A stretch of 64,000 nt of DNA from NCBI GenBank assembly GCA_013360215.1, contig JABWCP010000007.1, positions 1 to 64,000 on the forward strand. Direction: 5' to 3'. The notes beneath the pieces were generated by a model, which was not told the DNA's origin, ran no database searches, and saw only the letters and a program-made list of their open reading frames with translations. Position numbers and translations under genes: made by a program. This DNA comes from a bacterium (GTDB lineage: Bacteria; CLD3; SB21). The first letter of the stretch is position 1; every line of letters starts with the position of its first letter. This document shows positions 20,420 through 29,935 of this stretch, piece by piece.

Positions 20420-21679
20420 TTATTCCATCAAGCGATCACGTACCAAACCTTCGATATAACGTTGGACGGAAGAACTCGAAACCGAATTATCCACGCATTG
20501 TAAAGTGCGCTTGAGAACGGATTTGCTCAAGCCCTGACGACGCAGCATGGCGGAAAGAGCGGTTTCTTGGGCGGAACTTGAGCTTACGGTTCCGACGGTT
20601 TCAAGAAAAGTAAACCAAATCATATCATCGTTAGGGCAGACTTCTGCGCTACGGCTTAGCACACGCGCTTGTGCGCTGGACGAACTGACCGATTCGGTTA
20701 CTTTAAAAAGCTGAATCCACGCGTCGCGAGTAAGTGTGCGTTGTGTAAGCGCGAGTAACGCTTCGGATTGTGCGCTGGATGAACTTACCGCGCGTACGGC
20801 ATGCAGGTATGCCAAAAACGCTTCTTCATGCGGAGGCGCTAATTCGGCAAGCGTTTCCAATGCATTTTTTTGCGCCGAACTGGAGCTGATATCTTCGATC
20901 GTGCGGGCCATCTCGATAGCCGATTCACGATCTAAGCCACGGCGGCGCGCTATCGTGATAGCTGTCTCACTTTGACGTGAACTGGAGGATATTTCCCGAA
21001 CGGCACGCATCAGCGTTAACGTAAAGGTTGAATCTTGCGGAAATTTAGTCGTGGCGTCCGTTAATAAATCACCGAGGCGCGAACTGCTTGAGATTTCTTT
21101 GGCCGTCACAATAACGGTGCGCTGAAGCTGAGCAGAGGTCAAATTTTCATGTGCCATAATGGACTCACAAAAAATCTGCCGCGCGTAATTATTTTCCTGA
21201 AATTCGATTTCATTGATTGCCGCATCAACGCCGCGCTGAGCGATAAGCCGCTGGACCCGACCCGCAGCGCCGAGTCCTGTTTTTCGTGCAATTTCAGGCA
21301 ACTCGGCAGCGAGCCATGATTGGCCGTATTCATTCCAATCCATCTCGCGGCCATTAGCATAAAAAGTTCTTTCCAACTGACCGTCACGTAACCCGCGAAC
21401 CCGGACTTCGCGATACGTAAACCAATTGCGGGTTTTGATCTGTACCGTAGCATTTTCTGCTAGAAATTTGAAATCACGGTCATCATCGGATAATTCGACC
21501 ACACCGATAGCTTTGACCTCAAGACTGTGCAGCATGTCATTGTAATAAGCATCAATATGGTTGAGGCGGCTATTATTGTTTTGAACAAAACCGATATGGA
21601 AATTGTTCTGTGCTGTCAATTGCGAATTTTGAATTAGAGAAAAGAAACTTACTATTAAAAGGGTAATAAATGTTTTCAT
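20420..21679 (-). CDS. Exported alpha-helical repeat protein with seven [IV]SSSS repeats
   Basis: Signal peptide; 33-35 aa repeats each starting [IV]SSSS. Confidence 0.8.
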   Translation of the reverse strand: MKTFITLLIVSFFSLIQNSQLTAQNNFHIGFVQNNNSRLNHIDAYYNDMLHSLEVKAIGVVELSDDDRDFKFLAENATVQIKTRNWFTYREVRVRGLRDGQLERTFYANGREMDWNEYGQSWLAAELPEIARKTGLGAAGRVQRLIAQRGVDAAINEIEFQENNYARQIFCESIMAHENLTSAQLQRTVIVTAKEISSSSRLGDLLTDATTKFPQDSTFTLTLMRAVREISSSSRQSETAITIARRRGLDRESAIEMARTIEDISSSSAQKNALETLAELAPPHEEAFLAYLHAVRAVSSSSAQSEALLALTQRTLTRDAWIQLFKVTESVSSSSAQARVLSRSAEVCPNDDMIWFTFLETVGTVSSSSAQETALSAMLRRQGLSKSVLKRTLQCVDNSVSSSSVQRYIEGLVRDRLME

Positions 21680-21762
21680 ATATTTTCCATAATTTAGAAT
21701 ATCACATATCTCAAGACTTGGTTTCTAAACAAATCTCCAGTATGGTAAACATTTCCCGATGA

Positions 21763-22425
21763 TTAATGATCGGCTTCTGGTGCAGATCGTTTATTCATCC
21801 GAATTGCGATTCCTATCATGCGTACGTGAATAGCTATCATGAACAAGCCACAAAACGGTCCGACATCAAATAATCCCATTTCCGAAGGAGGCCACGGAAA
21901 TGTTGCGGCGTTCAACACGATCAGCAGAATGGCCAACAACCCAAAGGGCAATGTCCAAATCCAGCCGAAATAGGGATGACGTCGCATCACTATAGCGTAA
22001 CATAAAAAACTTGTACCGATGAACATATCCCATACTACATCGAGGCCCATGTCGATCAGTCGTACCGCACGTTGGACAAGTCGGGAAGTATTTGGATCTA
22101 CGGACAGTTCTTTGATAAACGAATCTTCAAATCCGGCCTGAATAGCAATTTGTGCCGCTAGAAAGACAGCTAATACCAAAAAGGCCAATGCGCCCATATA
22201 AAACCCAATTACCGAGAGATGGTCGTCCATGTCTCCTTTAAGGAGAATATGTAAAGCGTACCAACTTATGATTCCTAAAATTGAGAATAACATCACACCG
22301 ACAAAGGTCAGTGCCGGGTTTAGCGAAACGGTAATGATACACAAATAGGATATAACCGACAGGACACCCGCAATGCCGCCGTAAAGAAAAAGTTTTTTGA
22401 ATTGAGAATACACGCGATGATCCAT
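21763..22425 (-). CDS. Multi-pass membrane protein (DUF4386-like)
   Basis: About six hydrophobic segments; start moved to Met22 (22437 also possible) to remove overlap with the upstream gene. Confidence 0.6.
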   Translation of the reverse strand: MDHRVYSQFKKLFLYGGIAGVLSVISYLCIITVSLNPALTFVGVMLFSILGIISWYALHILLKGDMDDHLSVIGFYMGALAFLVLAVFLAAQIAIQAGFEDSFIKELSVDPNTSRLVQRAVRLIDMGLDVVWDMFIGTSFLCYAIVMRRHPYFGWIWTLPFGLLAILLIVLNAATFPWPPSEMGLFDVGPFCGLFMIAIHVRMIGIAIRMNKRSAPEADH

Positions 22426-22453
22426 GATTAAGTTCATTCCTATGTTTTTCTTA

Positions 22454-22789
22454 TTATTCTTGTGGTGTTTGTTTTTTAGCAAGGACATAATAGATCACGA
22501 AAGCGATACCGGCGAAAATAAACATCAGACCCATCAGCGCGGGGCCTTCCATCATCGGGAAAATCTGGCCGATGGCCAATGCAATACCGATACCGACAAG
22601 AACAATGCCCCATTTGAGCGATTGCAGCGGGTTTTCTCGGAGATCACGGGCATAAAGATATTTTACTTTTTCATCGACTAGCCCTTTGTCTATCAGTTTT
22701 TGGCGCGTACGATTGTCCGTGACGATTTTTACGATCATGGCAACCATCCAAAAAAATGCGATAGGAATGATGAATTCGAGGTTTTGCAT
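22454..22789 (-). CDS. DUF6249-like small membrane protein
   Basis: TM, then R..LIDKG, then SLKWGIVLVGIG and two TMs; divergent from an ECF sigma gene. Confidence 0.75.
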   Translation of the reverse strand: MQNLEFIIPIAFFWMVAMIVKIVTDNRTRQKLIDKGLVDEKVKYLYARDLRENPLQSLKWGIVLVGIGIALAIGQIFPMMEGPALMGLMFIFAGIAFVIYYVLAKKQTPQE

Positions 22790-22847
22790 AATCTGGTTCC
22801 TTTCAATATGGTGTAATACGTGTTTTTGATTTCATAAGTTCTACCCG

Positions 22848-22877
22848 ATAAGACCGGTCAAAAAGCAAAAGGTTGCA
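22848..22877 (-). promoter_or_regulatory. ECF promoter TGCAAC-N16-GGTCT driving DUF6249 operon
   Basis: Minus strand TGCAAC-cttttgctttttgacc-GGTCTTAT. Confidence 0.7.
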
Positions 22878-22898
22878 CTTGTTAGCTAATTATTTTAT

Positions 22899-22928
22899 TG
22901 CAACATTTGTTCGCTTCGTCGGTCTAAT
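22899..22928 (+). promoter_or_regulatory. ECF autoregulatory promoter TGCAAC-N16-GGTCT
   Basis: TGCAAC-atttgttcgcttcgtc-GGTCTAAT, about 25 nt before the sigma ATG. Confidence 0.7.
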
Positions 22929-22950
22929 ACCCTGTATGATAAGACCATTT

Positions 22951-23553
22951 ATGGAAAATGAGCGCTTAACTATAGAAAAAATAATTGCCGGCGATGCTAA
23001 GGCATTTAAGCAGTTAGTCGAAGACCACCAAAAATTGGTCGCGCATATCGTATTTAAAATGGTATCCAATCCATCCGATCAACAGGAGATTTGTCAGGAA
23101 GTTTTTATCAAAGTGTATGAAAATCTCCGGACCTTTCAGTTTAATGCTAAACTTTCGACATGGATTGCCCGCATCGCTTATAATACGACGCTAAATCACA
23201 TCGCGAAGAAAAAAACGCCGCTGTATGAAGATTATCTAACCTCGCCGACGGAGGAAGAAAATTACGAATCGGCCGATCAGAATCTTTCGGAAAGCCTGTG
23301 GGACGAACCCGACATGCCGGATGCCGTAACACAAAACCGGGAAACAGCGAGAGTTTTAAAAGAAGCGATCCAATCATTAGCGCCGCAGTATCGGACCATC
23401 GTAACGCTTTTTCATATGGACGACATGTCGTATGTGGAAATCAGTGAAATCATGCAGATGCCGGAGGGTACGGTAAAAAGTTACCTTTTCCGGGCGCGCA
23501 AAATGCTCAAAGCGCGGTTACTTGAAAATTTTAGTACGGAGGAATTAATATGA
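22951..23553 (+). CDS. ECF RNA polymerase sigma factor
   Basis: GDAKAF..QEVFIKVY..STWIARIAYN..MSYVEISEIM..GTVKSYLFRAR; start moved to Met27. Confidence 0.93.
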   Translation: MENERLTIEKIIAGDAKAFKQLVEDHQKLVAHIVFKMVSNPSDQQEICQEVFIKVYENLRTFQFNAKLSTWIARIAYNTTLNHIAKKKTPLYEDYLTSPTEEENYESADQNLSESLWDEPDMPDAVTQNRETARVLKEAIQSLAPQYRTIVTLFHMDDMSYVEISEIMQMPEGTVKSYLFRARKMLKARLLENFSTEELI

Positions 23554-24050
23554 ATCATCTCAGTGATGCGATGATGCAGGCGTATCTGGACGGGACCGCC
23601 GGTATAACCAAACAAAACATGGAAACGCATCTGTCGGTATGCGAGGAATGCCGCGAGTCTATGGCTATATATCGGATGATGCACCACACCATACGTCAGG
23701 AAGAATTTATATTACCGGCACATTTTGCGGATATAGTGGCGGAAAAAGTGGGTTTGGTTTCCGCTGATGAGTCGGAAACATCTGTTTTACGTGAGTGGTG
23801 GTGGCTGTTGCCGGTCGTCGTAGCGGGCATCGGCATCTCCGCGTATTATTTGCCTTCTACGATGACCGGAGCACCGGTAGAGCGCGTTTTACAGGAAAAT
23901 ATCCGGCAGACGCAAACTTATTTTACGATAGCTGAACAAATGGGCGGTTGGATCGGTTCCAATTTTCAGTATCTTATTTTTGGGTTATTTCTCGTATTGC
24001 TTTTTGATATGATCGAGCGGAAATTTTTGAGATTGAGGGTGCAGCACTAA
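23550..24050 (+). CDS. Zinc-finger (zf-HC2/ZAS) membrane anti-sigma factor
   Basis: HL..YLDG..HLSVCEEC (HxxxCxxC), two TMs; ATGA overlap with sigma. Confidence 0.85.
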   Translation: MNHLSDAMMQAYLDGTAGITKQNMETHLSVCEECRESMAIYRMMHHTIRQEEFILPAHFADIVAEKVGLVSADESETSVLREWWWLLPVVVAGIGISAYYLPSTMTGAPVERVLQENIRQTQTYFTIAEQMGGWIGSNFQYLIFGLFLVLLFDMIERKFLRLRVQH

Positions 24051-24862
24051 ACGGTTTTGCCCGTCGCATTTCGTAAAAAATGTGACGGTGTCATGCCGAT
24101 TAGCGCTTTAAAATCACGGATGAAATGTGCCTGATCATGATATCCCAGATCCAAGGCCAGTTTGGTCAATGAAATTTCTGCGTTAGATTTTATCATTTCT
24201 ACAGCCTCGTGTAAGCGGTAACGTTGAATCACCCACTTCGGTGTCACACCAATATAATTTTCAAACAATCTTTCAAGCGAACGAGCGGTTATATTAAACC
24301 GCGCTAAAAGCTGGCGCACGTGAACGATATCACGTTCAATCATGATCGTTGCCACGATGGTTTGTGCAAGGATAGCACGCGGGTCATGTTTGATCGGTAT
24401 GGATGTAAAAAATGACTCAGCGGCTTTTTCCATTGCATCAAATCGCGTCATGCGCAGTATCGAATGTTCTAATTGCAGAATGGATTCACCGAAAACGGAT
24501 TCGATGTTTACTTTGTGATTGGCCAGGTTAGCTATAGACGGTTTATAAAATGCCGAAAAAGCACCGGGAAGAAATTTAACACCAAAAACAAAACCTTTAC
24601 CATTCAGCGTTCGTTTAAATTTTCCGGTAACCGGTCCGCCAATCGAGGAGCCATCTTTCTCGAAAACCAAATGCACAGAAGGATGCGGCAGAGTTTCAGC
24701 TATATACGGGCGGTTTTTCGGAAAATCCCATCGTACCATCCAAAAATGTTCGATCGTAGATTGGAGCGTTTTCGTAGGTTTGTCACGGTAATAACGAATA
24801 CGGGGATTTGGAATAGAACTTAAAATGCCTCGCGGTTTACCGGCGCTATTTGTCTTCGTCAT
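24047..24862 (-). CDS. AraC-family regulator with DUF6597-like N-domain
   Basis: EHFWMVRW..LPHPSVHL..LERLF..GVTPK..GYHDQAHFIRDFK. Confidence 0.9.
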   Translation of the reverse strand: MTKTNSAGKPRGILSSIPNPRIRYYRDKPTKTLQSTIEHFWMVRWDFPKNRPYIAETLPHPSVHLVFEKDGSSIGGPVTGKFKRTLNGKGFVFGVKFLPGAFSAFYKPSIANLANHKVNIESVFGESILQLEHSILRMTRFDAMEKAAESFFTSIPIKHDPRAILAQTIVATIMIERDIVHVRQLLARFNITARSLERLFENYIGVTPKWVIQRYRLHEAVEMIKSNAEISLTKLALDLGYHDQAHFIRDFKALIGMTPSHFLRNATGKTV

Positions 24863-24950
24863 TTGTCGTGTTTTTACAATTATGATGAGTTTCTTATGAG
24901 TATATTGGCCGCGAACGAAAATTGAAACAAAGAAATTGAAGGATCAATTT

Positions 24951-25391
24951 ATGTCGGCTAAAACAATTACTTCAGAAATAACGATATATGCCCAAGCCGA
25001 GCGGGTGTGGGCAGTATTGACTGAACCGTCGTTGACGCGGCAGTACATGTTTGACTGCGAAGCGCAGAGCGATTGGAAACCGGGCAGTCGTTTAGAATGG
25101 AAAAGCGCAAAGGACGGCGTCGTATATGTGCGCGGTCATATCGTTCGTAATGAATATCCTCGTATTTTGGAGTACACGGTTTTCGATCCATTTGGAGGAT
25201 ATGCGGATATCCCTGCAAATTATCTGACGGTGAGCATCACACTGAGTGAAAAAGAATTCGCAACCGACGTGTCCGTCGTACAAGGGGATTTTTCGACGGT
25301 CGCTAACGGTGAAAAGCGTTATCAGGATTCCCACGGGGGTTGGTCGTATATTTTAGAAAAAATAAAAACGCTGGCCGAAGCCGGCGCGTGA
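24951..25391 (+). CDS. SRPBCC/AHSA1-like ligand-binding protein
   Basis: ERVWAVLTEP..SDWKPGS..GW..L..IK; start moved to ATG 24951. Confidence 0.85.
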   Translation: MSAKTITSEITIYAQAERVWAVLTEPSLTRQYMFDCEAQSDWKPGSRLEWKSAKDGVVYVRGHIVRNEYPRILEYTVFDPFGGYADIPANYLTVSITLSEKEFATDVSVVQGDFSTVANGEKRYQDSHGGWSYILEKIKTLAEAGA

Positions 25392-25464
25392 ATACGTTTG
25401 ATTATCATTTCGTTTTTCAGTAAAATCAACGCGTAAAATCGTTCATTTTTCAGCGTTGTTCTCC

Positions 25465-26253
25465 ATGTCTTCCGAAATCCGTGAGTTGCTTCAGGCGGCT
25501 ACACATGCCGCGTATGAAGCAGGAAAACTCACACTGCGTTATTATCAGACAGCCTCCTTGGATGTGATCGCCAAGCCGGACGCCTCGCCCGTCACGATCG
25601 CCGACCGTTCTGCGGAGGAATGGTTGCGCGCATTCATCAGTAAAGAATTTCCGGATCATGGGATTTTGGGAGAAGAATTCGGCGAAACTATCGGTAGCGG
25701 CCGGTATCGCTGGATATTGGATCCTATTGACGGCACCAAATCATTTATTCACGGTGTACCTTTTTACGGGACAATGGTTGCTATCGAAGATGTGCAAAAA
25801 AAAGATGCCATCGTCGGTGTGATACATTTTCCGGCACTGGGCGAAATCCTTTCCGCGGCTACTAATGAAGGTGCCACTATCAACGGTCGCAGAGTCAAAG
25901 CGCGCACAACGGAATATCTGGCTGAAGCGACGCTTCTCACTACGGATATGAAAAGTTCTCACCAAGGAGACTACGCACCCATTCTTCAAACACTCATCAA
26001 AGAAACTAAAATCGTTCGCACGTGGGGCGATTGTTATGGGCATGCTTTGGTGGCGTGCGGTCGGGCCGATATTATGGTGGACCCTAAGCTCAATCTTTGG
26101 GATATCGCCGCACTCAAACCGATCATCGAAGAATCCGGCGCTGTGATTTTTGATCGAAATGGCGTTACGTCTATGTATATTGACAACGCGATTGCGTGCG
26201 GACCGGCGCTCCAAAAGGAAATATGGACGAAACTGAATATATCCCATGCGTAA
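25465..26253 (+). CDS. hisN: Inositol monophosphatase family, histidinol-phosphate phosphatase (HisN-like)
   Basis: KPDASPVTIADR, GEE, WILDPIDGTKSF, WGDCYG, WDIAA. Confidence 0.75.
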   Translation: MSSEIRELLQAATHAAYEAGKLTLRYYQTASLDVIAKPDASPVTIADRSAEEWLRAFISKEFPDHGILGEEFGETIGSGRYRWILDPIDGTKSFIHGVPFYGTMVAIEDVQKKDAIVGVIHFPALGEILSAATNEGATINGRRVKARTTEYLAEATLLTTDMKSSHQGDYAPILQTLIKETKIVRTWGDCYGHALVACGRADIMVDPKLNLWDIAALKPIIEESGAVIFDRNGVTSMYIDNAIACGPALQKEIWTKLNISHA

Positions 26254-26383
26254 GCCCTTGAATCGCAATGCTTGAGCGAAAACGCCTCCGGGTTTGATCT
26301 CGTCATGACTATTCGCATGAATTCTCAGTTGATCCGTGTAATAAAGAAAAAATAGTTTTCTAATGTTCTTATATTGAGGTCAT

Positions 26384-27745
26384 ATGTCATTTGAAATTCA
26401 AGAAATTTTAGAAACCATCCGCATGACGGAGGTAGAGCATTTTGATATTCGCACGACGACGATGGGTATCAGTTTACGGGATTGCGGACGCGGCAATGCG
26501 CCGGCGACGATCCAGGCGATCTACGATAAAATCTGTCGTTACGCGGAGCGTCATGTAGCGACGGCGCGTGAGGTCGAACAAAAATACGGGATAGCCATTG
26601 CCAATAAACGTATTTCCATCACACCGGCATCCATTGCTTGTGACGGATTTACGCGCAGTGAATTTGTTCAGTTGGCGAAAAAATTAGATGAAGCGGCCGA
26701 ACGGGTCGGTGTAGATTTTTTGGCCGGATTTTCAGCGCTCGTACAAAAGGGTTTTACCAAAGGTGATCGGGCATTGATCGAATCCATTCCCGAAGCCATA
26801 GGTAGTACCAAACGCGTATGTTCGTCCATCAATGTCGGTTCTACCAAAGCCGGTATCAATATGGATGCCATTATTGCGGTATCCAAAGTCATCAAAGATT
26901 TGGCGCAGGTCACGGCGTCCGAGGGCGCGATCGGTTGTGCTAAGTTTGTCGTGTTTTGTAATGCGGTTGAAGACAATCCGTTTGTAGCCGGGGCATTTCA
27001 CGGAGTGACGGAAGCCGAATGTACGATCAATGTCGGAATCAGCGGACCGGGTGTCGTACTGCACGCGATCAAACAAGCGCCGGATGCGGATCTTGGCGAA
27101 CTCTCGGAAATCATCAAACGTATGACGTTTAAAATTACCCGTGCGGGGGAATTGATCGGCCGAGAAGTGGCGCGTCAGCAGAATATTGATTTCGGTATTG
27201 TTGATTTGTCTTTGGCTCCTACACCAGCGCCGGGCGACAGTATCGCGGATATTCTTGTTGCGATGGGACTTGAAGATGTCGGCGCATGCGGTACGACAGC
27301 GGCACTGGCGATGCTCAACGACGCCGTTAAAAAAGGCGGTCTCATGGCGTCGTCGTATGTCGGCGGTTTGAGCGGCGCTTTTATCCCGGTGAGCGAAGAT
27401 CAAGGTATGATCGCTGCCGTAGAAAAAGGAAATTTGTCGTTGGAAAAATTAGAAGCGATGACCTGTGTGTGTTCGGTCGGTTTGGATATGGTTGCCGTGC
27501 CCGGTGATACGACGTGGGAAACAATCGCCGGTCTGATTGCGGACGAATCAGCTATCGGAATGATCAACAGCAAAACGACGGCAGTTCGCATCATTCCCGT
27601 ACCCGGAAAAAAAGTCGGCGAATCCGTTGATTATGGCGGACTGCTGGGCAAAGCGCCGATCATGCCGATTCGTAATTTATCACCTAAAAAATTTATCGGG
27701 CGCGGAGGCCGCATTCCTGCACCTACGGTAGCCCTTTCAAACTAA
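26384..27745 (+). CDS. PFL-like DUF711 / UPF0210 protein
   Basis: [53 protein letters not shown]. Confidence 0.9.
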   Translation: MSFEIQEILETIRMTEVEHFDIRTTTMGISLRDCGRGNAPATIQAIYDKICRYAERHVATAREVEQKYGIAIANKRISITPASIACDGFTRSEFVQLAKKLDEAAERVGVDFLAGFSALVQKGFTKGDRALIESIPEAIGSTKRVCSSINVGSTKAGINMDAIIAVSKVIKDLAQVTASEGAIGCAKFVVFCNAVEDNPFVAGAFHGVTEAECTINVGISGPGVVLHAIKQAPDADLGELSEIIKRMTFKITRAGELIGREVARQQNIDFGIVDLSLAPTPAPGDSIADILVAMGLEDVGACGTTAALAMLNDAVKKGGLMASSYVGGLSGAFIPVSEDQGMIAAVEKGNLSLEKLEAMTCVCSVGLDMVAVPGDTTWETIAGLIADESAIGMINSKTTAVRIIPVPGKKVGESVDYGGLLGKAPIMPIRNLSPKKFIGRGGRIPAPTVALSN

Positions 27746-27763
27746 CAAACGAGGACCGATACA

Positions 27764-28417
27764 TTGGAATTGATTGCGCAGTTTATAGATTTTTTTATTC
27801 ATCTGGATGTCCACTTAGGCGAACTCATTCAGAATTACGGTACATGGACATATCTGATTTTATTTCTCATCATTTTTGCAGAGACCGGATTGGTGGTCAC
27901 ACCGATTTTACCGGGTGATTCGCTTCTTTTTGCGGCGGGTGCATTTGCCGGCTTGGGTTATCTTGATCCGTGGTGGTTATTTATTTTACTCACGGTAGCC
28001 GGCATTATCGGTGATTCGGTCAATTATGCCGTGGGTTTACGCATCGGACCTAAAATTTTTCATAAAGAAAATGTACGTTTTCTCAATAAAGAATATTTAC
28101 AACAAGCGCATATGTTTTACGAAAAACATGGCGGTAAAACGATTATTTTTGCGCGCTTTATTCCCATCATTCGCACGTTTGCTCCTTTTGTTGCCGGTAT
28201 TGGTCAAATGACGTACCGTCACTTCATTTTTTATAATATCATCGGTTCTATCGTGTGGGTCGGACTGTTCATTTCAAGCGGTTATTTTTTCGGTAATATC
28301 CCGACCGTGCGTGAAAATTTTACCCTCGTGATTGTGGCGATCATCATCATATCGGTGATTCCTGCCGTGATCGAATTCATTCGTGCCCGTCGCAAGTCCG
28401 GTATAAACGAAGCATAA
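27764..28417 (+). CDS. DedA family membrane protein
   Basis: [41 protein letters not shown]. Confidence 0.95.
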   Translation: MELIAQFIDFFIHLDVHLGELIQNYGTWTYLILFLIIFAETGLVVTPILPGDSLLFAAGAFAGLGYLDPWWLFILLTVAGIIGDSVNYAVGLRIGPKIFHKENVRFLNKEYLQQAHMFYEKHGGKTIIFARFIPIIRTFAPFVAGIGQMTYRHFIFYNIIGSIVWVGLFISSGYFFGNIPTVRENFTLVIVAIIIISVIPAVIEFIRARRKSGINEA

Positions 28418-28468
28418 TTTTAGCTATATATTTTAGAGAACGCAAAGCACGCCGTGCAAGGAGGTTGT

Positions 28469-29614
28469 ATGAAATCTTCACGTTCAAAAAATTCGCCCGT
28501 AACTTTGCTTATCGGTACGCGTAAGGGTGCGTTTACGCTCAAAAGCGATGCGCGGCGTCGCACGTGGAAAGTATCGGCACCGATTTTTTTGGGGCATATC
28601 GTACATCATCTGATGCAGGATCCGCGCGAATCCAAACGTTGGCTGATGGCTTGCAAAACAGGGCATCTCGGGCCTACGGTATTTCAATCTGATGATCGCG
28701 GTAAAACCTGGAAAGAATCCAAACAACCGCCGGCGTTTCATAAAACAGATTCTGCCAAACGTGCGCGCGCGGTAGATCATGTCTTTTGGTTGACGCCCGG
28801 CCATGCCAGTGAACCCGGGGTGTGGTATGCCGGTACATCGCCTCAGGGTTTATTTCGCAGCGAAGATCATGGTGTGACGTGGAAAAATGTAGACGGCTTC
28901 AATGAAAATCCGATGTATGAAAAATGGACTGGTGGTGATAAAGACGGCACCCCGGACGGCCCCAAACTTCATTCGATTATTGTGGATCCGCGTAATGCAC
29001 GTCATATGTATCTTGGTTGCTCCAGCGGAGGCGTTTTTGAAACCGCAGATCAAGGCAAAACGTGGACGCCTTTGAATAAAGGATGTGATGCAGAATTTTT
29101 ACCGCAACCTGATCCGGAGTACGGTCACGATCCGCACTGCATACAACTTCATCCGCTCATGCCGGACCGCTTGTATCAGCAGAATCATTGCGGAGTGTAT
29201 CGTATGGATCGCACGGAGGGTCGCTGGCATCGGATTGGGAAAAATTTGCCCAAACATATCGGCGATATCGGTTTTTCGATTACGCTGCATCCTACGGATC
29301 CGGACGTGGCCTGGGTTTTTCCGATGGACGGGACGTCGGTTTGGCCGCGAACTTCACCCGGCGGTAAACCGGCAGTCTATGCAACGTACAATGCGGGAAA
29401 AACGTGGAAACGTTTAGATAAAGGATTTCCGAAAAAAGATGCTTACTGGACGGTGTTTCGTCAAGCGATGGCATGCGACCAGAAAAGTAAAGTCGGTTTA
29501 TATCTTGGAACGACCTCCGGAGAGGTGTGGGGCAGTACCGATGAAGGGCGATCCTGGTCGTGTTTAGTTCGGCACTTGCCGGAGATTTTTTCACTTGAAG
29601 TTTTAACCCGGTGA
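28469..29614 (+). CDS. BNR/Asp-box beta-propeller protein
   Basis: GTRKG; repeated SxDxGxTW; HDPH and YQQNHCG motifs; start moved to ATG after GGAGG. Confidence 0.85.
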   Translation: MKSSRSKNSPVTLLIGTRKGAFTLKSDARRRTWKVSAPIFLGHIVHHLMQDPRESKRWLMACKTGHLGPTVFQSDDRGKTWKESKQPPAFHKTDSAKRARAVDHVFWLTPGHASEPGVWYAGTSPQGLFRSEDHGVTWKNVDGFNENPMYEKWTGGDKDGTPDGPKLHSIIVDPRNARHMYLGCSSGGVFETADQGKTWTPLNKGCDAEFLPQPDPEYGHDPHCIQLHPLMPDRLYQQNHCGVYRMDRTEGRWHRIGKNLPKHIGDIGFSITLHPTDPDVAWVFPMDGTSVWPRTSPGGKPAVYATYNAGKTWKRLDKGFPKKDAYWTVFRQAMACDQKSKVGLYLGTTSGEVWGSTDEGRSWSCLVRHLPEIFSLEVLTR

Positions 29615-29620
29615 TGATGT

Positions 29621-29878
29621 ATGGTAATACACATTCCCAATCCTTTGCGTTCATATACATCGGACGAAAAAGTTCAAGCTGAAGGTCATACGATAGCGGA
29701 AGTTCTAAAGAATTTGGATGCACAATTTCCGGGAATACGTTTTCGCGTGATAGACGAACAAGACCGTATACGAAGGCACATCAAAATTTTTCTTAATGAA
29801 GAGATGGTAGATAACCTTAAAGAACCGATTGAATCCAAAGATACATTGCACATCATTTGCGCGTTAAGCGGAGGTTAA
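29621..29878 (+). CDS. MoaD/ThiS ubiquitin-like protein
   Basis: IPNPLRSYT..FPG..ALSGG C-terminal diglycine. Confidence 0.92.
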   Translation: MVIHIPNPLRSYTSDEKVQAEGHTIAEVLKNLDAQFPGIRFRVIDEQDRIRRHIKIFLNEEMVDNLKEPIESKDTLHIICALSGG

Positions 29879-29935
29879 CAGCTCTACTGTTAGCCCAGGC
29901 ATTATAAAACGCATCATTTAATCTTAATCTTACTC

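Noticed and set aside
21714-21740. Possible copy of the TGCAAC/GGTCT promoter before the serine-repeat gene
   Set aside because: Only AGTCT matches; the -35 position reads CTGGAG
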